Counted from the first letter of the stretch, positions 9,052 to 21,391 are shown. The stretch is DNA of 33,628 nucleotides from a bacterium (GCA_963663405.2 CAXXSM010000145.1:1-33628), one strand, 5' to 3'. Numbers and translations: made by a program. The notes: generated from the letters alone by a model not told the origin.

Positions 9052-10650
9052 TTAGGGTTCGATTATTAAATCGGATGTAAATTCAAGTGGTTTTGTGTCA
9101 ATGATTAGAGTTCCGCCTTCGAAGGTCGACCAGCTTGGTGGGCTGATAATCTGCCGATTGCCGGGTGTCGTGAGTAAATCGCCTAATTGGAGCACAGATT
9201 CCTTTCCATCGAAAATTCCGTGAATTTCCATGTTGTACCCGAATTCAGACAGTTCTGTTTTTACTTCCATCGCGGATTGATTTTTTACAACGCCGAATTC
9301 CACTTCTTCCCCTTCCGGAATGGCCAGATCGGTTAATTGGAACATCCGTTTTCCGGATTTGACATTTTGCACAAAAGTGACCGCGTACTTTTCCGCATTG
9401 ACAGCGTTTTGCAGTTTTAAAACGGGAGAGGTTGAGCCTGGATCTTTGATTTTCAGGATATCCGTCCCGAATCCATCCAGCGTTTGAATGCGCATATGGC
9501 TGTGAGGGCCAAAGACGTCCAATCGGTATCCACTATCGCCGCTTTTTACCTTGATTTCTAACTCTCCACCTGGGTTGCCAAGTAGATAATAGCTGGAGAA
9601 TCCCAACGGAGTATCTTCCGCATGGTTCGGGAACCAGGGAACGATGTTCAACATCCCGGTTGAGGGATCCATATCGACTTCCATCGTTCCTGGCTTAAAG
9701 AAGCGTTTGCCTTTTGAGTTGGTGATTTGTTCGAGTTCCGCGCCGTCTCCGGTGATGAAGAATTCATTAAGGAAATCAAGCGCGTTCAAGCCTAATGTGC
9801 TGGGGGAACGGGATCTGGGTCCGGCGATGGAAATGGGTTCAATTATGAGATTGCCACCGCTGGAAGGGCTGCCGGACCATGTTTCGGTTGTGCTGAATGG
9901 ATAGGACCAGCTTCCGTCGTCTTTAATGGTAACGTAATTCGATCCACTCGCGTAAAAGGACTGGGTGGAGTGATACCAGGAGCGGTTAGGATCGTAGACG
10001 TAAATCCGTTTGTCATTCGCGCCGTAGTCACCATAGTCATACGCCGCCAGCGAGTGTCCGCCATCGGCGGGATTGAGGGAGCGAGTGATGCTGACCACGC
10101 ATGGATCGTCCCGCATACCATAGTATTCGACTTGGGAGTAGGCGTATTGTCCATCGCGGGTTTTTCCTCGCGCCAGCAAGTCGAGATACAGCTCCAACGA
10201 AGGTTTGTGCACCTGATGGCCATGTAGCTGGTTAATCACCCGGTAGAGCCGAGCGCTGGAGGGACCGGCGTAGGAGCCATCGGGATTGATGCCGACCAGA
10301 TCGCCGGAATATTGAGAGACCGGCGCGCAAATGCCCATGTGACCGCCTTTTTGCACGATCAGGAGGGACAAGAGTGACATCCCATAGCAGTTCCCCGGCC
10401 CGGCGAGTTGATCTTTGTAGACGTAATCATAAAAGAGCACGTCAAACGCGGAGGAGGCGGGATCGCGTGTCGGCGGGATGCCGATGAACGTGTCCCGGTA
10501 GAGCTCCCAGTCTAGTACGTCGGTGCCGAAGTTGATAAATTTCCAACCATTGTCGACAGTGTAGTGCTGCGCCGCCGGCTCCGTTGGCGCCAGGAGAGAG
10601 ACTAACGCGAGCGTTAAAGAAAACGATATAAGTGTGTGCCGTGTTTTCAT
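9052..10650 (-). CDS. Secreted protein with a putative papain/transglutaminase-like Cys-His-Asp catalytic domain (532 aa)
   Basis: Signal peptide (MKTRHTLISFSLTLALVSLLA), motifs GNC88YGMS, GGH199SLAAY and IYVYD220PN, and a beta-rich C-terminal region. Intact ORF with GAGG RBS. Confidence 0.7.
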   Translation of the reverse strand: MKTRHTLISFSLTLALVSLLAPTEPAAQHYTVDNGWKFINFGTDVLDWELYRDTFIGIPPTRDPASSAFDVLFYDYVYKDQLAGPGNCYGMSLLSLLIVQKGGHMGICAPVSQYSGDLVGINPDGSYAGPSSARLYRVINQLHGHQVHKPSLELYLDLLARGKTRDGQYAYSQVEYYGMRDDPCVVSITRSLNPADGGHSLAAYDYGDYGANDKRIYVYDPNRSWYHSTQSFYASGSNYVTIKDDGSWSYPFSTTETWSGSPSSGGNLIIEPISIAGPRSRSPSTLGLNALDFLNEFFITGDGAELEQITNSKGKRFFKPGTMEVDMDPSTGMLNIVPWFPNHAEDTPLGFSSYYLLGNPGGELEIKVKSGDSGYRLDVFGPHSHMRIQTLDGFGTDILKIKDPGSTSPVLKLQNAVNAEKYAVTFVQNVKSGKRMFQLTDLAIPEGEEVEFGVVKNQSAMEVKTELSEFGYNMEIHGIFDGKESVLQLGDLLTTPGNRQIISPPSWSTFEGGTLIIDTKPLEFTSDLIIEP

Positions 10651-10717
10651 GACTTTCCTCGCAAACTTAAAAAACTCATATTCGAGATCAGAATGACTTA
10701 CGATTCAATTGGCCGCG

Positions 10718-13148
10718 TTAATTGGGAACGCTTCCGCTTTGGGACGCTGAGAGGGGCGAAAGTACCCCTTTTTTGTTAATCCGCAATACTTTATACCAAT
10801 AGCTCACACCCCGGACCACATTCATATCCAGGTATTCATTCGCTGCGAGAATCGAACTGGTCTGTAAAAACGGCCCTGTCGAGTTCTCACTGCGGTAGAC
10901 GACAAATCCAAGATATTCTGATGAGTCGAACGCAGGCGACCATTCCACGAGCAGACCGCATTCGGGGGAATGCGCGCTCACAGATGTGATCGTGGGATAA
11001 TTGGGCTGTTCTGTGGAATACGTGAACGTGCTGACTGGAATGGCTTCGTCGAGAACGCTTTCATTTCCAACCTGGTCGATCCCTAAGACTTTATACCAAT
11101 AGATGATTTTAGGATCGGCGCTTTTATCGTAGACAGAGCCCTCGCTCATATCGTCTCTTATATCCAGCGGGATTTCGTCGCATCCCGCCGTTGGAGACGG
11201 CGTAAAGGGCGATGTTAATTCGACCGGTACCTTAGGTGGAGTTTCGACAGTCATTCCGCCAACCCATGAATAAGGCCCTGCCAATTTTTCCGCCCGGTAG
11301 ACATGATAGGCGGCGATGTCCTGAATCGGCGCGCCGATCCATTCGATCAAGATCATATCGTCACGCGCGAACAGAGCGGATATGATCGCGGGAGGCGGCG
11401 GTGTCCGATCCCGCAGCCGCTGACAGACGATTTCTTCGATCGTTAGATTGGGCGGAAGAGAACCGCTTTGGTTTTTGGGCTTTGTCGATGGCCTTCACTA
11501 AATAGGCGTAACAGAGGGGGGATCCTTCCGGAACCGTGGTGTCGTCGAAATATGGATTGACGCCTTCATCCGCCATAATCGTTTTGGCTTCATCAACGCT
11601 GAGATAGCCGATTAACTTGAACATATCGGGACAATCTTTATCTCGATTCCCGAAGTATTCCTGATAGTCGGGATCCCGGTTGGGATCGCAGACCCATTGT
11701 CCAAAATCACAGAGGCTGCGATAGATCATGTAGCCATCCAAGTCGGGTTCGGTGTTAGGATCCCAGGAGATACGAATGAATTCTTCGTAACCTTCCGCTT
11801 TGACATTCTTCGGTGGGACAGGCGCTGAAACATCGTTTAAATACCCCGCGACGGCGGCGGATTTGCTGCCCACATTGCCTTCTGAATCAATACATTCCAC
11901 ACGATACCAGAATGTTTTTTCGCCAAATTCGGGGCGCAAGATTGGATCGTTATCAAACGCCGTCGCGTAAATGATTCCACCCGCTGGGTGTGAGATAAGC
12001 CCATTCACTTGGACCGCGTCCGTGCTGTCGGGGATTTCGTAGCGGTATACGCGGTAGCCTTGAATTGACGGCTCATCGTGACCATCGGTGTCGTAGCTGA
12101 CTTTCGCCCAGCGGACTTCCAATTGATTTTCCGCATCGTTGGCGGACACTGTAACTTCACCAGGGGCCATCGGGGGTGTTTGGTCTGTAGGAGTCGCGGA
12201 GACGATTTCGGCGCTTAGGATTCCTTCCTGGCCAAATAGATCGACTCCGACAACCTGATAGAAATATTCTTCACCGTCTTCCGGTCCGGTGATCGCCTTT
12301 CCGTTGACGTCATGGCTTTCGGGATTGCCATAGCTGTCCCAGCGCTGGAAATCGACGAATCCTGGTTTGGCGGGAGAGATGTCATTCCCATCGAAATCGA
12401 AGGCGACCTCCGCCATGAATGAGGTATCGTTTACGCGTTGGTAGGTCCCCGCCGATGTCGCGCGATAGACATTGTATCCAGCGGCGCCCTCGACTTCATC
12501 CCACAAGACTAAAACCTTGCTGTCACCAGCGATCGCTTCCAGACCCGTTGGGGCCGCCGTAGGGATGGGGACGCCAGCGGTGATGGTGATATCCGTCGCT
12601 AGAACCTCTTCTTGTTTGCCTATGATGCCGCGAAGTTCGTAATAGTACGTGGTTCCGTTGGTCACTTTCTCATCGCTGTAACCCTGCCCCGCGACAATGG
12701 CAATTTTCCAAACACCCCGCACGAGGATCTGCAACCGTTCAAAGTCGGTGGAATCCCGTGGAATTTCACTGATGGCGCAGGGATCAAAATCCGCGGCTTC
12801 GGTTCCAAGACCCGTCGCCAATATTTCCCACTCGTAGCTGCCCGGGTACATTACGGCTTTGATATCGTCGCAGTCCGTCATAATGGAGATGGGGGTGTCT
12901 CCATTCAACGGTTCGTCTGGATACTCTCCAAGAGGACTCGTTTTCCGGTATAAATTATATTGCGTTACCTCGTCCAACGCCGGCCATGTCAGGACGATAC
13001 GAGGGGGCGAACGGAAAAAACCCGGCGCGTTCGTCACGATGGTAACGTCCTGTTCTTTCACAATCAGCTCAGCCGAAGCCGCGTCTTGTGCAACCAGCAA
13101 TGAAGACATCAACAAACCTGTTATGATAAGAGTGTTGAACGCTCGCAT
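10718..13148 (-). CDS. Secreted multi-fibronectin type III domain protein (~809 aa, one frameshift)
   Basis: ORFs 11361..13148 and 10718..11356 join by removing one T from the 11472-11476 run (...AQNQSGSLPPNL...RDRTPPPPAIISALFARDDMILIEW). Signal peptide and repeated FN3 motifs (L.W, YNLYR/YRVYR, YYY.V.GVD..G.E, D.TPP..P). Confidence 0.85.
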
Positions 13149-13228
13149 TTGAATATGCTCCCATTCTTAGTGCGTATCTCGAAAGATTCGTTTCTAGCGT
13201 TTACCGCGATCTTTCCATTTTTCGAAAA

Positions 13229-13252
13229 CGAAACAGGCGGAAGCCGTTTCGG
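13229..13252 (-). terminator. Intergenic hairpin immediately after the giant gene (possible terminator or processing site)
   Basis: Minus strand CGAAACGGC-TTCC-GCCTGTTTCG (one bulge) followed by TTTT. Confidence 0.45.
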
Positions 13253-16200
13253 TTAATACACATAAAATCCATCCGACGTATTCAACCCACAGGTGACGTC
13301 GACGCTTCCGCAGAAGACCCACAGCACACAGGCTTCCAGCCCCGATTGTGCCCTGGAAGGAATATGGAGGTCCAATAATGATCTGGGAGATTGCCCCAGG
13401 CGCCAGCCGAGACAAGGCCGCCTAGAATCTTACCCCAGATATGAACGCCGACATTTCCGACGACGTATGGCAGGCCGGTCAAGCCCGATCCGGGATCGGA
13501 GGGATTGCCGGTATTGACGAACGCGCCAAGTCCCGCATAGACTTCCACACCGCCTGAGACCACATATAGATTGACACTGCTGTTGACTCTGACGTATCCG
13601 TAGACTCCCGTCAGATTGTCGGGCATCGCGCTCATGTTGAGAGAGAAACGGCCGCCCGCGTCGGCGAGAATCCAGGCGTTGGATTTCGGCGCGTTGATAC
13701 CGATATAAAATCCACCTTCCACGCCGTTGTCGCTGATGGGGCCTACCACTTCTACACCTAAACGTCCTTGGAGGGATTGATAGGCTTCGTCGCCGGTTCC
13801 GGCGCCGAGATGCCATTCCAATGAGCCATCCGCCGAAAGGCCGGAGAACATAGCGGATGTGCTGAATTGGCCGTTGATTTCACCCTCGACGAAGTTCTGC
13901 GCGCGGTCGATGGTGAATCGGGCGCTTCCGGACATTTCCATATCCGCGCCGGCCACGAGAGAGAGATACATAACGCCATCGATTCCCAGTTCGGTCGTCT
14001 CCGGTGTTATGATGAATTCCATACTGCAATATTGGGCGGAACGCAGGAGGATGTTGACGTTTTGGGCCGTCTCCAATTCCGCGTAAATCTGAACGAGTTC
14101 CAGCTGGCCGTTTTCGATACAGGCGCAGCCCGCCGTGCGGACCATCTGTCCGAAATGAGCGACAGGGCCGACGGTAAAGTCGTGGCGTTCGTCTTCGCTG
14201 GAGGAATAGACACTCAAGCAGATCCGGGTGCTGGAGATGACGGGCGGATGAACTAAGGGCGTCATCGATCATGGAGGCGAATTCCATTGTTCCATCACCA
14301 ATGAATCCATCCTGGTCGTCGTCGTCGTATGCGATTGTGTAATCAAATTCACCGAATAAACCACTGCCCCAGCTGCGATAGATTTCCCTGTCTGTCGGCT
14401 GTGTGCCGAAATCGGTGTTGTCCGCCAGTTCGATGCGGCGTCCGCTGTATGGATACGCGAGATTTGCTTGGTAATTGTAATCCTGGACATTAATGTAGTC
14501 CGCGCCGAAGAAATCGAAATGCGCTGTGCCGCCCGCCTGAATGTAGGCTTTTTCTTTTGTTGTATCGGCGGGATCGTAGCCGGAGAGGCCGATCGCTTCG
14601 GGGACGAACATGAATCCATCGAACTCCTGACCGGAGGAATCGAAATCAAAGGTAATGCTGTCCATGTCGAATTCGCCGCTGGAGAAGATAATGCCCCAGG
14701 TCAAGTAGAACGGTTCGGGCGAAGTGACGTGGTTCATACAATCCAGCGCCCGTCAGGAAAATTTGTCCACTCTTAACGCACATGACTCCACCGTTGGACA
14801 TTTCCGGATTTTGAACGAGCTGCAGACCCCAGTAATCGAGCGTGATGGGGCTGGAGAGATCGAGTTTCGCGCCGGCGATGTGTGCTGTGGAAGTGAATTG
14901 CAATTCTTTAAACGGGATTTTCGCTTGCGTCGGTCCCGCTAAATCCACCAAGCCTTCAGTGTAGTTATAGTACAAGGCGCTGTCGACGAATTGGAAATAA
15001 ACGAGCGCTTGTTTATCCGAAAGCCTGCTGAGTTCGGTTCTGAAGGGAACCTTATTTCCATTGTAGTCCACTCCTACATAATATGACTCATGGGTGGGGA
15101 CCCAGTTCGAGCGCGCCGCTGTAATCTTCTACTTGAAATACACCGTGCGCTCCCCGGCTGACGACATTCATCCAAGACGCCAGTCCCGTGCTGAATTTAA
15201 TCTCTTTTGCGTTGGGCGTATCCGGTGTCAATACGGTGAATTCCCGGAAGTCGGTTTAGTGTCACGCCCTTGGATTCCCTGCGTTTCCAGCTGGGTTGTC
15301 TATCGCGCCATAGAAGCTGGGATTCTGGAAATCTCCTGTTCCAGTAAGTGGGAAATATGGATTTTTATATTGACTTGAGAAATACATATAAGCTTGGGTT
15401 GGATCGTACGCGATGTACGCCGCATAACCGGGAGATGTCTGACTCCATTCTCCCAGCACAAAATCTTGCGTGAAGGTGAGTCCCATGGAGTAGAGATCCA
15501 GGTCGCTTTGAACGGTCAGTGTTGTATATTTGCCCACAATCTGCGCCTGGCTCGAATCGACGATCGCTTCTTTGGGGAGATACACAGATCCATTGGTGAA
15601 ACTGCCGCCGGCGATATGGCTGTCAACCATGCTCAACTGGCCGTTTTCCAGGAGGAGGATAAATCCAAGAGGCTGCAGCGTCTCAAAGGAGAAATCAGAC
15701 GTAAGTACAAAATCGGCGCTGAGCCCACTGGAGATTACTGTGCCGTAATCAAAGGGAATATGGGGCTTGTAAGTAGCCGATGTTGGAGATCACCGAACCG
15801 GATACGGCGGGCACAGTATCTCCGCCAAGGAGAATCGCTCCCCGCCAATCGTTTGTGAAGGTTGGGGGCGCTGGGATCGGAACTCGACCAGGCTTGACTC
15901 GTTGAGAAATCGGCGATCACACCGGTTCCTTGGATGATCATTCCTGTATTGTCAATGGTCCATGGACCGTACGCTTCATCCGGCAGTTCTTTATAATACT
16001 GGCAATTGGATGTGATCGTGATCTCGCCGAGATCGATGTGACCGGCGCGGCAGTCGGTCGCGCTGATGATCGAACTCGGGAATTCCAACTCCGCCGCAGC
16101 GGTCGCGGAGAGCGGCGTGATGTGGAGAGTGTCCCAAATAGGTGGTGAAACCAGCTGTGTTCAAGGAAATACGTTCCGGATCGGGGCTTTCCGTCGGGTA

Positions 16201-19200
16201 GTTGGCTTCCCCCGTCCGAGACGGTTCCTTTAGATCCATCGGTCGCGTTAACCGCGATCGTCAGGTTCGTAAACTTCACTTTGATATCCCCTTGATGGAC
16301 AAGCAAGTCAGCGATGGAGCCACGATCGATAAGAAGATCGTCAGCTAGTTTTAAGGCGGTAAGCGGGGTATCCAGCGCGTAGTCTTCCGGCAAAGCGATA
16401 TTAATCATCTGTCCAATCCCCAATGATGAATCAAATAACAGGGCTTCCGCGACGCTGATTTCCGTCTCCGGATCTTCCACGGTTTCAACGATTCTGAATT
16501 GGGTTGCGAACAGCACGAAATCAGCCCAATCGGGAAAGATAGGAATGATGCTATATCCGCTGCAATTGAATTCGGTCCAAGCGATCCCGGAGGCTTCGGT
16601 GATCGTTGTGCGGCCGACATTCCATTTATACGGAATCGTAGTCATCGACGTAAAGTGTGAAGCCATCCATCGTGAGAGTCGTAGGTGGTGTGGGTGTGGG
16701 AATGGGGATATAGCGTTCGAGCACACCGACGACAACCGCGCCGCTGCTTGGATCTTTATCCCCAACATAGGCGGCGAATCCATCGCGCTTGCCCAGGAAA
16801 TTTGTGGTTCCCTGGACGGTGTCTCCATCAAATTCCACTTTCATTGAACCGGTAGCGTGATTCCGGCGCGGGAAGGTATTCTGAAAAGGATTTTCCTTCC
16901 GCGTTGAGAGAATTGCCGTCTCCGAAGAGCATGAGATTTCCCGTTCCAAAGACCAGTTCATCGCCATTGTCCGGAGGTCCCGTCAAATTCACCCGCTCCG
17001 AACACTCGAATGATGGCGCCGGATGGATTGATTGCATCTGTAAATACATTCAGAACACCTCTTCCGGCGCGCTGGAAACCAACGATGACACCGTCTTCGA
17101 CGATGGGGATAATCACTCCAATCAAATTCAGAGGCGCGCTGTCCCGCTCATCCCCGAAATTCTTGGTATTTCCCATGCTGGCGACGATCAGTTCTAATTT
17201 TCCGTCGCCATTGAGGTCCCGCCGGCGCGAAACTCACACCGCCGTTACCCCCGGTATTTAGAAATAAATCCAGCGTAGGGATGTCTTGCTCCAATGCCTC
17301 CCTCGTTGTTTATGTCGAGTACATGGAAGCTCGTTTGAGAGGTTGGCCCATTGCTTTGACCGACGATTAATTCATCTCTCCCATCCCCGTCCATATCACC
17401 GGCGGCGATCGATAAGCCGATGGTGGTTTTATCGCCTTCCGCTTGCAGGGATACAGATGTGTTTCCGGGGCTATATGTCTTCATGCCAAAGATAGGAATG
17501 AGTAAATCAACGGGCATGATCTGTTCGACCAAATTGCTTGGCAACCCATAGAACTGGCCGACCACTTTCCACGCGTTCGGTTTTGATAGACCGGTATATT
17601 GGAAGAGGCGGATGACGCCGGAGCCGCCGATTCCTTGGGCGGCGGCGATTTGAGGTGTGCCGGAGCCGATGAAATCACCGACGGCGGTACGAATTTCACC
17701 ACCGTTGTAATTCACGGATGAACCTTCTCCAGAGGGGAACGCTTCAAACGAATGGCCCAGCACTTCGCCTGTGTCCGCGTTGCGGGCCACGATGATGTTG
17801 GGATAAACCGCATCGGTCTGAGATGGGGGCCGAAAGACAGAACGATTTCCGGAGAGCCATCGTTGTTGAGATCGCCTGTTGAAACGTAGGTCTGCCGCCC
17901 TTCCCCACCCCCTACGGCGGAGCGGAAAGCGCCGCCTACACCCCGGAACGATCGGAGGATCGATGTGACAGAATCTTTTTCGGGATCGAGGTTACGAATA
18001 TTAACTAATGTGTCGCCTCCAAGTCCCTGCGCGACGACAAGATCGTCGTATAAATAATCCGTGTGTTTGGGTGTGGCTGTGACCCGGATCGGTTCATACG
18101 GCGTATTTGTTGGCGTGACTTTGGGCATTGGGGTATCTGTGGGTTCGAGCGTTGGTGTTGGTGTTAATGTGGGTCTCGGCGTATTGGTGTCTTCGGGAAT
18201 AAGTGTTGGAAACGGAATTAAGTCATTATAATTCGGAAAAAGATCGATTCCGTCGAGTCCGAACGACCGTTCACTGCGCGTGAGTTGAAAATTCGTCAAC
18301 GCCACGGCCACGCTGGGAATGGTGATATCATGAACGAGCAGATCCCCCTCGCCAAATTCGTAGGGATCAATATTGTTGTCCAATTCGGTGGAGAAAAAGA
18401 GCCAATCTTCCATATTCCAAACGTGTTCTTCTTCAATCAAAGAACCGCAGACGGCGTCCAATCCTACATTCCCCTTTACTTCCACGCCCTCAAAAAAGGA
18501 CGGCGCATAGCCGGGGATGAGATCGGCGCCGCTTCGGACGACTTCCGCGAAAAGCCCCTTCCGGTGAGAATGTCAATCGGATCAGATCATCCGCGCTAAC
18601 GGGGCTTCCTTCCGGCAGAAGGCTGCCCGGCCCGGCGATGTATTCTTCGTTGATTTCTTCAAATGAGAAGAGAATCGTGATGGGTTGACCGAATTCCTTG
18701 GCCACTTCGAGGAAAAACCGGTAATCTTCGACGACAAGATTTTCCATTAGATTAAAAATAGGAAGAAAGCCGGCTACTTCAACCCGCGTCGATTCCGAGA
18801 TAACTAATTTCTACTTGTTGTTCTTTCGAGATTAGTTTTAATGGGCGCGATGATCGTTTGATTGAGAATCACCCCGCCGTTCGTCAAGAGCAGATCCCCA
18901 TCGTTGATCGCTTGTTTCACCAGTGGATGATCGGGATTGGAGACCAGAAGCCGGTCTTCGATCGTAAAAATTATTTTATGGTTGGGGAAAGCCCATGGAT
19001 CGTCTTGGGATTTTTCGAAATATGGTGTTTCTGGATCTAATTCCAGCACATCGAATCCATCGAGGCCAACGTCTTGATGCTCGAGAAATTGATCGGTATC
19101 CAAAAAGCGGCTTGCCAATTGCCGGTTAAAACCACCTGGCAAAACGAAAGGAAGACCGTCTGGATTGTATACTAGAATGTCTCCGTGGTTCCCCTCCGTG

Positions 19201-19451
19201 GGGAGAGAGTACGGTTCTTCGATACTGAATAGGACGTAATTGGGGGAGAGTTTCTCGAGAAGGTAGTCTGAAGGCAATGTCTCCACTTGACTGGGGAGAA
19301 GGAGCCCCTGTAACGAGAGCGACAGGCTCGCCCCTCTGGCTGTTTGTTGAGCGCCACAGATGGAAAGAAGAAGACCGGCGGCGATGAACCAAAAAACGGG
19401 TTTATGAAATGAGAAAAGATTGATGCGCGTCCTCATCATGATAACTCCCAT
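13253..19451 (-). CDS. Giant secreted multidomain protein (~2,060 aa after reconstruction; heavily frameshifted)
   Basis: Successive minus-strand ORF fragments (18804-19451, 18490-18747, 17712-18485, 17245-17790, 16958-17176, 16626-16967, 15938-16831, 15735-16088, 15262-15636, 14646-15071, 13880-14737, 13282-14265) abut in different frames with continuous protein sense. Order: signal peptide, repeats with FS.E/GDLL/GLDG motifs, PT linker, FG-GAP-like repeats (GDLNNDG, GDMDGDGRDEL), PT linker, long beta-rich region. Reconstructed end ...GTIGLEACVLWVFCGSVDVTCGLNTSDGFYVY* (TAA 13253-13255). Confidence 0.7.
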
Positions 19452-20161
19452 GCAGGAAAAGGCTTTATCCCTTTGGATTTACTTGACACATTATATACAT
19501 ACAAATCAACCAGCGCTTTTAAGACGCAGCCGTGTTGATTAATACGATTTCGCGTTCCACACACAAAAAAGGATTGGTATGACCTTGAAACACTTCCCAA
19601 ACGAATGCAAATAAGGTATCAACTGGATATTTTCAATCTTGCGTCAATCACGATATCATAAGAATTAAAAAGAATCAACATAAAATTTCATTTTTTTTCA
19701 ATCCAGAGTGGATATGTAAAAATTCATTTTAAGATTTTCTAATATTTTGTAAAATTCAAATAACTGACATTTGGTTGAGTTTTCTAACTGTCTGATTTGT
19801 AATAATTTATGTTTTATTTGTGATCTATCGGTGTGTATTACTAGTAGATATATAGTGTTTTTATTTTTTACAAAATTGACCATCCTTTTCAATATTCAAT
19901 TCATATTGATAAATTATCAGTTTTTATTTGGATTTCACATAATACATGTAATTCTGAATTTTAGCGCGTAAACATGAAAAGGGATTGATATAAGCCACTG
20001 GGATTAAAGGTTACAATGTGTAAAGGAAAAGAGTTGCGGGAGACATAATAAACTTGAAAGGCCCTGAAATTTTTTTTAGATAAAATGGATTCATATTCAG
20101 TTTTCGATTTTATCCTGCTTTGTTTTAATTGATAAAAACTTCATCCGTATACGATAGTCGA

Positions 20162-21391
20162 TTATGTGCGTACCCGGTCCGCGTCTTCGTTCAGATACGC
20201 GCGGCGTTTTTTGTGAAAGGCGGCGTTGGCCAAGTGAGGGCCGCATACGGCGGTATGACCGACTTCGACCGGCGCGTTCGGCGTCTCGCGGGATTTCACG
20301 CAATCGAGGAAATTCTGAACGTGTGGATCGGTGGGAACACTTCCATGAAAATCAACGACTGGAGGTTCGTCCGATTTCCATGGTTCTTCATACACTTTAA
20401 ATCCGTTTCCATCTAATACCATGGTTCCTTCATCGCCTTGGAAGAGAATCGACCAGCCGTTTTGGTAACTATTCGTGTACGTCAACGTCCAAGTGGCCAT
20501 GTATTCTTCATATTCGAAAACGGCGGAAAAGACATCCGGTGTTTCCGCGCCGATCATTTTGTAAACATCCCCAAAGCATTCAGCCGCTTTTGGGGTGCGG
20601 GTCGCAATTTTCGATTCTCCTCGATCCATGAACCATTGAACGACATCCATTAGATGAGTGCCTTGGTCCGTGAGATTGCCACCGGAAAAATCCCAGAAAT
20701 AGCGCCAATAGCGGAAGAGTTTCGGTTCAAAGGGCCGCGTGCGTTTTGGATAGCAGAACGCTTTCCAATCCAGTTCACCTGGAATCGGACTGTTGTTCAA
20801 CGGCCTGGACGCGTTCCAATGCCATTGGGCGCGGACAAGATTGATGGTTCCCAGCATTCCATCGCCGATCACCTGTTTTGCTTTGAGAACGGTCTTTGAA
20901 CTGCGCCGCTGCATACCAATTTGAACAACGCGATCTGTGTCATTGACCGCTTTAATCATCTTGACGCCTTCTTCGATCGAGTTGGACATCGGCTTTTCGC
21001 AGTAGGCGTCTTTTCCGGCTTCAACCGCGTCGATTAATTGGACGCCGTGTTGATGCTCCGGTGTGGCGATGAGCACAGCGTCAATGTCGGAGCGGTCTAA
21101 TAAATCCCGGTAGTCATCGTAGGATTTCGCATGCTCACCAGCGATGTCGAGCCCTCGTTCCGCGTTGGGTTTATACGCGTCGCATACGGCGGCGAATTCA
21201 GCGCCAAGCCGGAGAAAAATTTTCATCATACCGCGCCCCCGGCCTCCCGGTCCGATGATTCCCATCACGATCCGGTCGTTCGCGCCGAAGACGGATGGCG
21301 CAATGAAATAAGGCGCGGCGGCGAGGCCCACCCCCAATCCGGTTGTTTTACCAATGAATTCCCGTCGATTTCTCTGTTTTTTTGTATCCAT
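20162..21391 (-). CDS. Tat-exported Gfo/Idh/MocA family oxidoreductase
   Basis: Twin-arginine NRREFIGK, GIIGPGGRG, IATPEHQH, CEKPM, QIGMQRRS and DQGTHLMD. ATG 21391 has an AAGGAG RBS; the ORF track start at 21409 is 6 codons longer. Confidence 0.93.
   Translation of the reverse strand: MDTKKQRNRREFIGKTTGLGVGLAAAPYFIAPSVFGANDRIVMGIIGPGGRGRGMMKIFLRLGAEFAAVCDAYKPNAERGLDIAGEHAKSYDDYRDLLDRSDIDAVLIATPEHQHGVQLIDAVEAGKDAYCEKPMSNSIEEGVKMIKAVNDTDRVVQIGMQRRSSKTVLKAKQVIGDGMLGTINLVRAQWHWNASRPLNNSPIPGELDWKAFCYPKRTRPFEPKLFRYWRYFWDFSGGNLTDQGTHLMDVVQWFMDRGESKIATRTPKAAECFGDVYKMIGAETPDVFSAVFEYEEYMATWTLTYTNSYQNGWSILFQGDEGTMVLDGNGFKVYEEPWKSDEPPVVDFHGSVPTDPHVQNFLDCVKSRETPNAPVEVGHTAVCGPHLANAAFHKKRRAYLNEDADRVRT

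Noticed and set aside
19698-19971. Short ORFs in the AT-rich spacer
   Set aside because: Low-complexity composition, no RBS or motifs, and mutually overlapping on opposite strands.
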